Shown piece by piece: positions 41,534 to 50,951 of a stretch of 64,000 bases of DNA. The position numbers and the translations under genes are program-made. This stretch comes from Minisyncoccota bacterium (lineage in GTDB: Bacteria; Patescibacteriota; Minisyncoccia; Phycocordibacterales; UBA9973): positions 20,903 to 84,902 of the forward strand of contig DASWWS010000002.1 in NCBI GenBank assembly GCA_036405895.1. Direction: 5' to 3'. The notes beneath the pieces are model-generated. The model searched no databases. It worked only from the letters and a program-made list of their open reading frames with translations, and was not told where the DNA came from. Position 1 is the first letter of the stretch, and each line of letters starts with the position of its first letter.

Positions 41534-42679
41534 ATGAAAAAACTTCGAGTTGTATTCCTTGCGTCATTCTTTTTCGCAATTCACCTTGCCCTTGTCGCCT
41601 ATATACACTCAAGCATGCTCGGAGAGCACGTGAGCGCAAATATTGTAAGCGTCTTGTTTGCCATTGCCTCCGCGCTCTCTATCCTTCTTACCCTCTCGGC
41701 CCCGCGGCTGATGCGAAGCTTTGGGACTGTGCGCGTGACACTTGCAGTGATACTCTTCTCCGCGCTTTTGTTGTGGGTATTGGGCACTGCGACAAGCGAA
41801 TATGTTCTCTTGGCTGCGTTTGTTGTCTACTTTGCGCTCAACGCGTGCATTCTCTATGCGCTCGACATATTTATCGAGCACTATAGCGCGGACGCGGCAA
41901 CAGGGAATATCCGAGGGCTCATGCTTACCATCATGAATGTCGGATGGGTTGGAATGCCGGTATTGGTGGGCATGATTTCAACGCGCTACGGCTTTAATGC
42001 CGTGTATTTGATTTCGGCAATTGCGATTTCTGTATGCGGCATCGTCATCGCAATCAGCCAGCGGAAGTTTGTCGCGCGGCCGCAAAGTGCGCCAAACCTT
42101 GTGGCGGCATTTGCCCGCATACGAAAAACGCCGGCGCTTCGCCGGGTGATATCATTGAACTTTTTATTGCAGTTTTTCTTTTCGTGGATGGCGCTCTATG
42201 TGCCCTTATATCTTATCCAGACGCTTGGCTTTGGCTGGGGCACGATAGGCGCGATATTCTCGTTCATGCTCATCCCTTTTATACTATTCCCCTACCCGAT
42301 GGGGCGCATTGCGGATAAGTGGCTCGGCGAAAAAGAGCTCATGATTACTGCGCTGACAATCATGGCAGTTGCCGTTGTGGCGCTTGCCGTAGTCAGTGCT
42401 CCAAGCGCAATCTTGGTAGCCGGGATTCTTTTCTCTACCCGTATTGGAGCGAGCACGCTTGAGGTGATGAATGACAGCTACTTTTTCAAGCAGGTCACGG
42501 ACACCGACACAGAAGTGATAAGCTTTTACCGCATCATGCAGCCCTTTGCGTATGTTATTGGGCCGATGGCGGGAGCCGGGCTTCTTTTCTTCCTTTCGTA
42601 TACCGGGCTATTCGTATTTCTTGCAGGACTGCTGCTTCTCGGAGCGCTCTATGCATTTCGCATAGTTGATACTCGCTAA
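41534..42679 (+). CDS. MFS transporter
   Basis: About 12 TM helices; GRIADKWLGEK loop motif. Confidence 0.85.
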   Translation: MKKLRVVFLASFFFAIHLALVAYIHSSMLGEHVSANIVSVLFAIASALSILLTLSAPRLMRSFGTVRVTLAVILFSALLLWVLGTATSEYVLLAAFVVYFALNACILYALDIFIEHYSADAATGNIRGLMLTIMNVGWVGMPVLVGMISTRYGFNAVYLISAIAISVCGIVIAISQRKFVARPQSAPNLVAAFARIRKTPALRRVISLNFLLQFFFSWMALYVPLYLIQTLGFGWGTIGAIFSFMLIPFILFPYPMGRIADKWLGEKELMITALTIMAVAVVALAVVSAPSAILVAGILFSTRIGASTLEVMNDSYFFKQVTDTDTEVISFYRIMQPFAYVIGPMAGAGLLFFLSYTGLFVFLAGLLLLGALYAFRIVDTR

Positions 42680-42684
42680 CGTAA

Positions 42685-43893
42685 CTAAATAGCCGGCGCT
42701 TCAGCAAGTGTCACCTTATACGGAGTCGTAACGCCGGCGCGTAGTACAACCAGCGTTACTGTCGTTCCGACAGTTTTTTGGCGTATAAGAGAGGCAAAGC
42801 TGTGCGCCTGGTCGAGCTTCACGCCGTTGAATGTGAGAATAATGTCTCCGCTCATAATACCAGCTGCCGCTGCAGGAGAGCCTGCAAGTACGGCGGCGCC
42901 AGTACCTGTTTTACCCTCTTCAATGACGACTCCATAGTTCACCGAAAGTCCGCGCTCGGCCGCAATTTCGGGAGTGATTTGCGTATAGCGAACGCCGACA
43001 TACGGGCGGATAATGCGGCCTGTTTTTTGCACCGATGTTATTGCCTGCTTCACGTCATTAATAGGGAGCGCAAAGCCCACGCTCTGAGAAGTCAGCGCGC
43101 TTGCTACACTTACTCCGACTACTTCGCCCTTAAGGTTCAACAATGGCCCACCTGAGTTTCCTTTATTGATTGCCGCATCGGTTTGAATGACTGCATCGAG
43201 ATACTCCGAGTCACCGTTGCTTCCGCGAGCAACAACGCTTCGGGAAAGGCCGGAGATTACACCGACAGAAACAGAGTTTTGGAATGTGCCCAATGCGTAG
43301 CCGATAGCGACAACGCTTTGGCCGGTGGAGAGCGTATCAGAATTCCCTAAAGCAAGTGGCGTAAAGCCCGAGCCCGATACGCGCATGATAGCGATATCCA
43401 ATACCGGGTCGGTTGCGGCAAGAGTGGCCGGGCGCTCTTTGCCGTCTGTCGTAGTGACAGTGAAGGTTGCACCAGGAGTATCCACCACGTGGCGATTGGT
43501 AACAAGCATGCCGCTTGATGAAACAAAGAATCCTGTTCCCTTTCCAACTACTTTCCCAACGCTGTTGGTAAGCGTGATAGAGACAACGCTGTCGTCGGCC
43601 TTTGCAACTACCTCCGTCACCGAAAGCGGAATATCCTCGGCCTCCTCTACAGAAGCTGTGTCTGATGCAACTGCCACCTCACCGCCTGCAAGCGGAACAA
43701 CCGGTGTTTCAGGAATTTCCCGCAATTGCGGCGCGGGTACATAGAGCGCAATAGAAGTAAGTATTCGGTCCTTAAACGCCCATAATACGCCCGCTACGAG
43801 CATCAAAAGCACCAAACCTGCTGCAAGGCTGATAAGAAATACCCGGCCTATAAAGCGAAAATGTCGAAGTTTTCGCGGTGTCATTCTAAACAT
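42685..43893 (-). CDS. HtrA/DegP-like serine protease with PDZ domain
   Basis: TNRHVV, DIA, QTDAAINKGNSGGPL, C-terminal PDZ. Confidence 0.93.
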   Translation of the reverse strand: MFRMTPRKLRHFRFIGRVFLISLAAGLVLLMLVAGVLWAFKDRILTSIALYVPAPQLREIPETPVVPLAGGEVAVASDTASVEEAEDIPLSVTEVVAKADDSVVSITLTNSVGKVVGKGTGFFVSSSGMLVTNRHVVDTPGATFTVTTTDGKERPATLAATDPVLDIAIMRVSGSGFTPLALGNSDTLSTGQSVVAIGYALGTFQNSVSVGVISGLSRSVVARGSNGDSEYLDAVIQTDAAINKGNSGGPLLNLKGEVVGVSVASALTSQSVGFALPINDVKQAITSVQKTGRIIRPYVGVRYTQITPEIAAERGLSVNYGVVIEEGKTGTGAAVLAGSPAAAAGIMSGDIILTFNGVKLDQAHSFASLIRQKTVGTTVTLVVLRAGVTTPYKVTLAEAPAI

Positions 43894-43949
43894 ATAGCCT
43901 ATTGTAGTAAAAAGCCCCTCAGAATACTAGCAATCCCCCCTAAAAGAAT

Positions 43950-43996
43950 TCAGAAGGACCGTCCTTCTGAACCTAGCAATGACCGTCCTTGCTAGG
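43950..43996. repeat. REP-like doublet (A+B), left of mutY; contains the mutY stop codon
   Basis: TCAGAAGGACCGTCCTTCTGA-A-CCTAGCAATGACCGTCCTTGCTAGG. Confidence 0.9.
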
Positions 43997-44807
43997 ATTT
44001 TATTTGATAGGTATTCCCCTTCTTTTCGATGAGATGTTCGGCTATAAGCTGGGCGATGGCGGTGTTGTAGCGAGGAGTATCAAATTGTACTTTCTTGCGG
44101 AGAATAGAAACGGTGTGCGGACCACTCGCAAGCACTTTGATAATTGCGCCGCGCACTTCGCGGACCGAGCCCTTGAGCGGGCTTTGCTTTTTGTACTGCG
44201 CAGAGTTGCGGTGAATCTTCACTCCACTCGTTTTGAGAAAGCTTCCGTAGTCCATAAGTGCCCAATACCACTCTCGAGGATTTTTTCTATCAAGCGTTTC
44301 TTCAATGATCGGCATTAATACTTTGTCATCCACCAACTCAAACGACTCAGGAAAGAAATGATGTATATACACCGTGCGGATATTTGTTTCAATAAACACG
44401 TCCGGCATATTGTATGCAAAGGTAGCTATTGCGCGCGCAGTGTAATGCCCAACTCCCGGAAGCGTTTCAAGCTCTGAAACTGTTTTGGGAAATTTCCCTT
44501 TATAGTGGCGCAACACCGTTTCCGCCATTGCTTTCAAAAATTTTGCACGGCGGTTGTAGCCGAGGCCCGTCCATACTTTCAATACGTCGGCCAGCGACGC
44601 GGCAGCGAGTGCTTTTGCATTGGGGAACAATTTCAAAAACTCTTTGTATTTTTCCTTCACGCGTGCAACTTGGGTCTGTTGCAGCATTACTTCGGAAACG
44701 GCTATCTTATATGGGTCGGTCGTTTGCCGCCATGCCAAATCATGCCTCCCTTCCGCTTTATAGTAGGCATATACGATTTTTACGAAGGCTTTCTCGTTCG
44801 CATTCAT
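43992..44807 (-). CDS. mutY: A/G-specific adenine glycosylase, short form lacking the Fe-S cysteines
   Basis: LAWRQTTDPY, SEVMLQQTQV, WTGLGYNRRA, LPGVGHYTA, ALMDYG. Confidence 0.88.
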   Translation of the reverse strand: MNANEKAFVKIVYAYYKAEGRHDLAWRQTTDPYKIAVSEVMLQQTQVARVKEKYKEFLKLFPNAKALAAASLADVLKVWTGLGYNRRAKFLKAMAETVLRHYKGKFPKTVSELETLPGVGHYTARAIATFAYNMPDVFIETNIRTVYIHHFFPESFELVDDKVLMPIIEETLDRKNPREWYWALMDYGSFLKTSGVKIHRNSAQYKKQSPLKGSVREVRGAIIKVLASGPHTVSILRKKVQFDTPRYNTAIAQLIAEHLIEKKGNTYQIKS

Positions 44808-44833
44808 ATGGGGTACTGTATCACAAAAAAGCA

Positions 44834-44880
44834 CCTAGCAAGGACGGTCCTTACTAGTTTCAGAAGGACCGTCCTTCTGA
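44834..44880. repeat. REP-like doublet (B+A), right of mutY
   Basis: CCTAGCAAGGACGGTCCTTACTAG-TT-TCAGAAGGACCGTCCTTCTGA. Confidence 0.9.
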
Positions 44881-44929
44881 GAATTTCCGAGAAAAGAGTT
44901 TAGTGTTCGGTGTACGGTGTACACCGTGG

Positions 44930-44975
44930 GATACAAAAAACCGCCCCTCTATTTAAGGGGGCGGTTTTTTGTATC
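44930..44975. terminator. Intrinsic terminator
   Basis: GATACAAAAAACCGCCCC...GGGGCGGTTTTTTGTATC. Confidence 0.8.
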
Positions 44976-44980
44976 AGTAC

Positions 44981-45130
44981 TTAAAACGGATTTTCTCCGC
45001 GGATGATGCGGATGAGGATCATCACGACAGCCACCACAAGAAGAATGTGAATGAAGTTACCGATAGTGTAAATACCGATAAATCCGAGGAACCAAAGAAT
45101 CAGAAGCAGAATTGCAATCGTTGTTAGCAT
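44981..45130 (-). CDS. lmo0937-family small membrane protein (49 aa, absent from ORF track)
   Basis: MLTTIAILLLILWFLGFIGIYTIGNFIHILLVVAVVMILIRIIRGENPF. Confidence 0.85.
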   Translation of the reverse strand: MLTTIAILLLILWFLGFIGIYTIGNFIHILLVVAVVMILIRIIRGENPF

Positions 45131-45192
45131 ATGAATATTTATTTACTTCTAATACTTACATTGTAGCCATAATGGGTACAATTGTGCAACCC

Positions 45193-45834
45193 CTATTGTA
45201 CTGTAACGGTATCAATCACTTCGGCAAGCTTTTGCTCTACTGCGATGTGGTCAAATTCTTTGATGCCGAGTTCTGGCGGATAATGGCCCACGTTCACGGA
45301 GTGCACTACTGTGTTGAGCATCACGCAGGTATCGTTTTTCACCATGCGGTAGCTTGTCGTCTCATAGTAATTCCCCGCACCGGCATCTCCGAGCGTAAAC
45401 ACTGTCCACTGATTTCGTGTTCCCGCCAGCACTTCGCCGTTTTGCGGCAGGGTGCAAGAATCCCGCTCTCCAGGCGAAGCATACAGAGTGATCCACGCTT
45501 CAGAAAAATTGGTTCCCGGCTGAAAGCTCTTGGGGAGAGAGATTTCAAACAGCGGGTTAAAGGGGGTAGGGTCTTCCTGGTCCCACACCATGTATGTCCC
45601 TTCCAGCGCAGGCTGTGGCACAAAGTCCGCACTGTAGCGAAGCGTAATGCCGTACTCGGCGTTTGCATATACAGTGGCATCATTTACCTGATTTGCAGAG
45701 GGCTCTGGCACCACGGGAGCATTCGCAACGGGGCGCTTGCCCGACATCAGAAAGAGCAGAAGCCCTCCGACAATAAGTACGGAGACGATAATGAGAAGCC
45801 CGTTGATTTGCTGCTGGTGGTGTTCGTTATGCAT
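45193..45834 (-). CDS. Hypothetical membrane-anchored extracellular protein
   Basis: TM, YANAEYGITLRY, DAGAGNYYE; TATACT 6 nt before ATG 45834. Confidence 0.75.
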   Translation of the reverse strand: MHNEHHQQQINGLLIIVSVLIVGGLLLFLMSGKRPVANAPVVPEPSANQVNDATVYANAEYGITLRYSADFVPQPALEGTYMVWDQEDPTPFNPLFEISLPKSFQPGTNFSEAWITLYASPGERDSCTLPQNGEVLAGTRNQWTVFTLGDAGAGNYYETTSYRMVKNDTCVMLNTVVHSVNVGHYPPELGIKEFDHIAVEQKLAEVIDTVTVQ

Positions 45835-45909
45835 ACACACAGTATAACAAAATGCCGCAGGCCTTGTCGTCTGCAGCATTGTGTTTATAGAAAGAAAGGT
45901 CAGTAGTAA

Positions 45910-46347
45910 TTATTTTGACGCTTTCTTCGCAGCTTTTTTCACTGCACTTTTTGCAACTTTCTTTGCCGCACCTGCCGCCTTTTTAGCGGGAGATTTCTTG
46001 GCGCCAGAAGATTTTGCAGAAGTCTTTGTGATTCCTTTCCACTGCGCTTTTAGCATGTCTGAGAACATGCGGATTTCCATTTCGCTTACCTTGCCCGCCT
46101 TTGCGTACTTTGCGGCCACAACGTCAACGATTTTTCCGTACACGTCTTCAGTAAGGTCTTTGGCATCCTCCATCTTTTCGATGATTTCGCCTTTCATTTT
46201 GATCATCCAACCCTTGAGGCTGTTGCGGTTCTTTTTTCCCTCAGGACCAAAGAAGTAGTAGGAGGCAGCAGCGAGTGCCACAACTCCTGCTCCAACTGCA
46301 GCAACATTGCCGGCTGACATTGAATCTTTCTGTGTTTTTTTCTTCAT
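45910..46347 (-). CDS. YtxH-like protein with K/A-rich basic tail
   Basis: Gly/Ala hydrophobic helix then GPEGKKNR; C-terminal AKKSPAKKAA repeats. Confidence 0.65.
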   Translation of the reverse strand: MKKKTQKDSMSAGNVAAVGAGVVALAAASYYFFGPEGKKNRNSLKGWMIKMKGEIIEKMEDAKDLTEDVYGKIVDVVAAKYAKAGKVSEMEIRMFSDMLKAQWKGITKTSAKSSGAKKSPAKKAAGAAKKVAKSAVKKAAKKASK

Positions 46348-46362
46348 GATTTTACTGCTCTC

Positions 46363-46626
46363 TTAATCTGATAATACCTTCTTAGTATACTTCTTTCTTT
46401 TGCGGAATAAAAGCGAGAAGAGAGAACTTTGCTGAAGGTCCAAGACAAGCTCTTTGGCGGTGTCTCCGATAGTGTCGATATCGCGCTCCACTTTTTCTGC
46501 AATGCGAGAGACGGTTTTGAATATCCCAATCAGATAGATGCCGAGCACCAAGAGCACCAGAAAGAGCGCTACAAAGCCGACGCTGCTGATAAGGAAAAAA
46601 GTGTTTGCGTGTTCCAAAGTCTGCAT
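46363..46626 (-). CDS. YtxG/DUF948-like small membrane protein
   Basis: TM helix followed by an amphipathic coiled segment. Confidence 0.6.
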   Translation of the reverse strand: MQTLEHANTFFLISSVGFVALFLVLLVLGIYLIGIFKTVSRIAEKVERDIDTIGDTAKELVLDLQQSSLFSLLFRKRKKYTKKVLSD

Positions 46627-46627
46627 A

Positions 46628-46975
46628 TTAGTTCTTTGTTTCCACTACGGTAACTTCTTCAACAACAATCGGTTCGCTGGTGTGCACTACTGTCGTTGTA
46701 GGAGTTTCCATCAAAAGCTTTTTGTGCTCTTCAAGATCGTCTGCAAGCTTTTTGTTGTGCTTTTTCAGGGAGGAGTTCTTGAACTCTTTGTTGAGAATAG
46801 CAGGAAGCGCGAGCAATAGCCCAATCAAAACACCCGCGATAACTGCAAGGAGCACCAATACGGCAATCGTGCCGCTAAACTGCCATACCAAAAACGTAAC
46901 GGTAACAGGAACAATATTCTGCAGGATAAACAATACGACTGCAGCCCCGATCAATAATCCAATGATGAATAACAT
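46628..46975 (-). CDS. LapA (DUF1049)-family membrane protein
   Basis: FILQNIVPVTVTFLVWQF, second TM, coiled tail. Confidence 0.8.
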   Translation of the reverse strand: MLFIIGLLIGAAVVLFILQNIVPVTVTFLVWQFSGTIAVLVLLAVIAGVLIGLLLALPAILNKEFKNSSLKKHNKKLADDLEEHKKLLMETPTTTVVHTSEPIVVEEVTVVETKN

Positions 46976-47049
46976 ATGTATAAAAACTCTCTCTATTGCT
47001 GCTAATTACCCTTTCAGTATAGCATTTTTAAAAAACGCATCATACACCC

Positions 47050-47124
47050 CGCGCGGGCCAAGACTAGCCAGCTTCGGCAATTACTCTGTGCCGAAGCCGC
47101 TGTTGCGCAGCCTTGGCCCGCGCG
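47050..47124. other. GC-rich intergenic stem-loop (candidate ncRNA or element)
   Basis: 13-bp stem 47050-47062/47112-47124 enclosing a 9-bp stem 47071-47079/47089-47097. Confidence 0.55.
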
Positions 47125-47224
47125 CGAAGTACCATTCCTGCAGTGTAAAACATGGGACATGAAATTTTCCTTAAGAAAGAGTATAGTTATAGAGAACTAT
47201 TATTCATGTAATTTACGAATACTT

Positions 47225-47581
47225 ATGGAAACAACAAATACAGTCAAACCCCTCTATCGCGGCACGCAAATCGTTTGGTACATTTTCTACTTTATTGAAA
47301 CAGTGTTGGCATTCCGCTTCCTTTTGAAGCTTCTTGGAGCAAACACCGGTGCCGGCTTCACCAAGCTTATCTATGGCATCAGCTACCCGTTTGCGGAACC
47401 GTTTCGCTACGTAGTGGGCTCTCCTCGCGTTGGAGGAAGCACGCTTGAATGGGGCACACTTCTTGCAATGCTCGTGTACTGGATCGTTGCGTGGGGCATC
47501 GTTCGCCTGATTGTTATGGGTAAGCCCGTTTCTCAAGTAGAAGCGCACGTTAAGCTCAACGAGCAGGACGTTACGAACTAG
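47225..47581 (+). CDS. YGGT-family membrane protein
   Basis: LAFRFLLKLLGAN...IYGISYPFAEPF. Confidence 0.8.
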   Translation: METTNTVKPLYRGTQIVWYIFYFIETVLAFRFLLKLLGANTGAGFTKLIYGISYPFAEPFRYVVGSPRVGGSTLEWGTLLAMLVYWIVAWGIVRLIVMGKPVSQVEAHVKLNEQDVTN

Positions 47582-47819
47582 TTTCTAGGAGCGCTTGCTT
47601 TTGCGCTCGAGTAAGGCGCTTCAGCGCCGCTTCCCGGCTTCGCGCTTCGCCAAGCGTCGCAAGCTCTTCACTATATCGAAGCACAACGGGCCGGCGAATC
47701 TTTGTATAGTGCGCACCATTCTTTGCAGTATTGTGCTCATGAATACGGCGATTAATATCGGTCGTACTTCCGATATAGAGCGTACCATCGGCGCACTCGA
47801 GCATGTAGACATATCCCAT
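47571..47819 (-). CDS. GIY-YIG nuclease (YhbQ/UPF0213)
   Basis: YVYMLECADGTLYIGST, RRIHEHN, GAHYT, ARSREAALK. Confidence 0.92.
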   Translation of the reverse strand: MGYVYMLECADGTLYIGSTTDINRRIHEHNTAKNGAHYTKIRRPVVLRYSEELATLGEARSREAALKRLTRAQKQALLETSS

Positions 47820-47833
47820 ACACACAGTGTAGC

Positions 47834-47866
47834 AAAAAGTCCGCCCCATAATGGAGCGGATTTTTT
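47834..47866. terminator. Terminator-like hairpin
   Basis: AAAAAGTCCGCCCCAT-A-ATGGAGCGGATTTTTT. Confidence 0.5.
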
Positions 47867-48007
47867 GTAAGCCTTGTCGAGGCGAATAATAAAGTCGTGT
47901 ACAATACTGCGACTCTTATCTATATAGACGCGCAACTAAAAGCTCTCTTACCTTTACAAAAAAGATTTTAGTGGCAAAACATACATTTTCCTGTATACTA
48001 GCATCCT

Positions 48008-48718
48008 ATGAAAACCCTCTCTACCCTTGCCGCCGGCCTTGAACGCCTTGAGCGCGCAATAGCCCACCAGGGCTTGGCATCACGCCGTGAAGCAAAGGCG
48101 CTTATTCTTGCAGGCCAGGTGACGGTCAACGGCACCGTAATCAAAGAAACGGGCTATGGCATAAAGCCTACTGACACGATTGATATCAAAGGCGTTTCAA
48201 CTGCGAAAAAAGAAGCAGTGCTCTTGTACAAGCCGCGCGGACTTGAAACAACTAAAACGCTTCCGAAAGCAAAAGACATCAAAGACAAGTTTCCAAAGCT
48301 CGCCCACCTTTCCCCTGTCGGCCGTCTCGACAAAGAATCCGAGGGTTTAATCATCCTGACAAATGACGGCACGCTCACGCGCGCACTCACCAAAGAGAAT
48401 GCGAGCGTCGACAAAGAATACCTTGTTACCGTGCGCGAAAATATTACAGACGCAAGCCTCGAAAAAATGGCAAAAGGAATCATGCTCGACAAAATCAAAA
48501 CCAAATCGACAACAACAAAACGAGTGTCCCGCTATTCGTTCACCATTGTTCTTCACGAGGGGCGCAAGCACCAAATCCGCCGAATGTGTGCCGCATGCAA
48601 GCTCACTGTTGAGTCGCTCGTACGCATCCGCATCGGACACCTGCTTTCGTCCGGCATGAAGTCAGGAAGCATAAAAAAACTTAGTCCTTCGGATATCGAG
48701 CTTTTGAAACAGGCTTAG
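48008..48718 (+). CDS. RsuA/RluB-family rRNA pseudouridine synthase
   Basis: S4 domain ASRREA, YKPRG, VGRLDKESEGL, EGRKHQIRRM. Confidence 0.93.
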   Translation: MKTLSTLAAGLERLERAIAHQGLASRREAKALILAGQVTVNGTVIKETGYGIKPTDTIDIKGVSTAKKEAVLLYKPRGLETTKTLPKAKDIKDKFPKLAHLSPVGRLDKESEGLIILTNDGTLTRALTKENASVDKEYLVTVRENITDASLEKMAKGIMLDKIKTKSTTTKRVSRYSFTIVLHEGRKHQIRRMCAACKLTVESLVRIRIGHLLSSGMKSGSIKKLSPSDIELLKQA

Positions 48719-50951
48719 CAATGCGATCCATTGCAATGCGGGCAAGCAAATACGACACCGTAGACTCGGCGCCCTGATTGAGATTAATCGCGTGCTCTCC
48801 AATGCCGTCATAGCAGCCCCCTGTTGAATGCGTGTAGACGAATTGTCGAAGCAGGTTGTTTCCGAGAAACCAGTTGAAGGCAAGCACTATTTTTTCGCGG
48901 TATATCGGCTCGCTCTTGATCGAAATCATTTTTGCAATTGCGAGCACAAGGGCCGAGACTTCTTCGGGCTGCTGGTCGTGGCGCTCTTTTTTACCGCCCT
49001 TTTTATACCATCCCGCCTGCCCCACCGGCACGCATACACCTCCTTCAAAAGACTGCGCCAATAAGAAATCAAGAGCACTCTTCCCCACCTGCAAATACTT
49101 TTCGTCACGCGTCACCGTGTAGGCAATTAAGAGCGCTTCGGGAAGCACGCCGTTTGAATACGTGAGCGACTCTTCGAACCACTGCCATGAAGAGTCTGAG
49201 CTTCGCTCATAGAGGTCCACCAAAAAGTCCGCGTACCGGCGAATGCGAAGCATACTCTCTTCTCGGCTCTCAGGAAAATCAGCAACAGCCGCGAATGCCT
49301 TGATATAAGCAGCTGCAGCACGCGGAGAAACTACCTGCCGGTGCTCGGCGGTGCGCTCTGAAAAAAGAGCTCTCGCGCGAGCCACCACACCCTCGGGAAG
49401 CGTGCTGTGCATCACTTCTGCAAGTGCCCACAATGCGCGCGCATTTGCGTCTTCGAGATTTTCATTATTGTTCAAACTGGTATGTGAAATTCTCTCGGTA
49501 GTAAAATAATTGGCAAAGCTCTCTGGGTGCACGGTTGCTGCGCGTTCTATAAAGCCAAGATACGTATCCGCAAGATTCTTTGCGTCTTCGCTTGGGTGTG
49601 AGGCGCTGTACCAGCTCATTGCAACCAACGCGCGTGCATTGTCGTCGAGCGTGTAGCCAAATTTCGGATCCGGGTTGCCCAGATGCGCAAACTGCCATAT
49701 GCCGAAGTCGTCGGTGAGCTTTTTGATATAGTCGAGCTTGATTGGCACCATGCATTCTTTAAACCCAAGCAAAGAGGGCGCGTGCTCTGAAAAAACCGTC
49801 ATATAGCCAAGCGCCACATTTGGCCATGTCATTGCACGGGTTCTAAAGTACGCAGCCTTTCCCAAAGATTTCAATTCTGCTTCATTTCCAAAAACGCGGC
49901 GCACATTGTCTGCGATTTCCTGATGGCTCTCAAACGGCAGCAGCACCCCCACTTCAGGCGTGACTATTTCTTTTGCCTGCATGAAGCTGGTGGAGAATAC
50001 CGTCCTCCCCGCTCCGAGCGCATACGAAAGCGTTCCGGACACCGCTTGGTTGGGGTTTTGCGAAAGCGACAGATAAATATCGGTAGCTTCCAAAAACAGC
50101 AGCAGTTCTTTCGTTTCCAAATACCGATTATGAAAGACAACGTGAGCTTCTACTCCAAGCTCGCGCGCAAGCGCTATAAGCTCATTTCGATACACTTCCC
50201 CTTCGCGGCGAGCAACAACCGGATGCGTTGCACCCAGCACCAAGTACACAGTGTCAGGATATGTTGCAACAATGTCCGGCAAAGCGCGAATACCGTATTC
50301 AATACCCTTTCCTCGGCTCAAAAGCCCGAAGGTTGAAAGCACTCGCTTTCCTGAAAGTCCCAAACGCTCTTTTGCAGAGGCGCCGTCGGTATAGCTTTCG
50401 GGGTGAATACCGTGAGGAATGATACGCACTTTTTCTGCAGGAGTGTCATAGAGCGTGAGCAAAAGCTCGCGTGACACTTCTGTCATCACAACAGCACAAT
50501 CCACTGCATCGAGAATGGCCTGCATCACACCTTTCATTTCCTCCGACGGTTCGGGAAGTACTGTGTGAAAAGTAATCACAGAAGGCTTAGTGAGCTCCTG
50601 TAAAAAAGCAATAATGTTCTCTCCCTGATGTTCGCCAAAAATGCCGAATTCATGTTGTACTGAAACAAGGGCCACATGCGCTATTGAATTGAGCGTTTGC
50701 GCCGCTTTTATATATTCGTCTTTCGAATTTTCTTGTATTGAAAATAGCACCTTTGAGTCGTACTGGGTATCGGCCGTAGCTTCCGTATTCATGGAGATAA
50801 CGCGCGTCTGCGCCTCATCGGAAAAAAGCTCGTCGGTGTAAGAAATCAGGTCTGCCGTAAAGGTTGCAATGCCGCACTCGCGGGGAGGATAGGTGCTGAC
50901 ATAAACAATGCAGTCCTTTTCATATGCATCCCGGGAAACAGCATTAGTCAT
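48681..50951 (-). CDS. GT4 glycosyltransferase fused to a C-terminal helical glycosidase-like domain
   Basis: STYPPRECGIATFT, QHEFGIFG, FGLLSRGKGIE; C-terminal YTLDDNARAL, QQPEE, NQGAEST; start at 50951. Confidence 0.85.
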   Translation of the reverse strand: MTNAVSRDAYEKDCIVYVSTYPPRECGIATFTADLISYTDELFSDEAQTRVISMNTEATADTQYDSKVLFSIQENSKDEYIKAAQTLNSIAHVALVSVQHEFGIFGEHQGENIIAFLQELTKPSVITFHTVLPEPSEEMKGVMQAILDAVDCAVVMTEVSRELLLTLYDTPAEKVRIIPHGIHPESYTDGASAKERLGLSGKRVLSTFGLLSRGKGIEYGIRALPDIVATYPDTVYLVLGATHPVVARREGEVYRNELIALARELGVEAHVVFHNRYLETKELLLFLEATDIYLSLSQNPNQAVSGTLSYALGAGRTVFSTSFMQAKEIVTPEVGVLLPFESHQEIADNVRRVFGNEAELKSLGKAAYFRTRAMTWPNVALGYMTVFSEHAPSLLGFKECMVPIKLDYIKKLTDDFGIWQFAHLGNPDPKFGYTLDDNARALVAMSWYSASHPSEDAKNLADTYLGFIERAATVHPESFANYFTTERISHTSLNNNENLEDANARALWALAEVMHSTLPEGVVARARALFSERTAEHRQVVSPRAAAAYIKAFAAVADFPESREESMLRIRRYADFLVDLYERSSDSSWQWFEESLTYSNGVLPEALLIAYTVTRDEKYLQVGKSALDFLLAQSFEGGVCVPVGQAGWYKKGGKKERHDQQPEEVSALVLAIAKMISIKSEPIYREKIVLAFNWFLGNNLLRQFVYTHSTGGCYDGIGEHAINLNQGAESTVSYLLARIAMDRIAKPVSKARYPKD

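Noticed and set aside
45112-45906. 264-aa plus-strand ORF
   Set aside because: Fully antisense to the better supported 45193-45834 gene; atypical composition
47571-47819. GIY-YIG gene as a homing endonuclease or the REP mobiliser
   Set aside because: It is the short stand-alone YhbQ-type domain, with no intron context and no adjacent repeats
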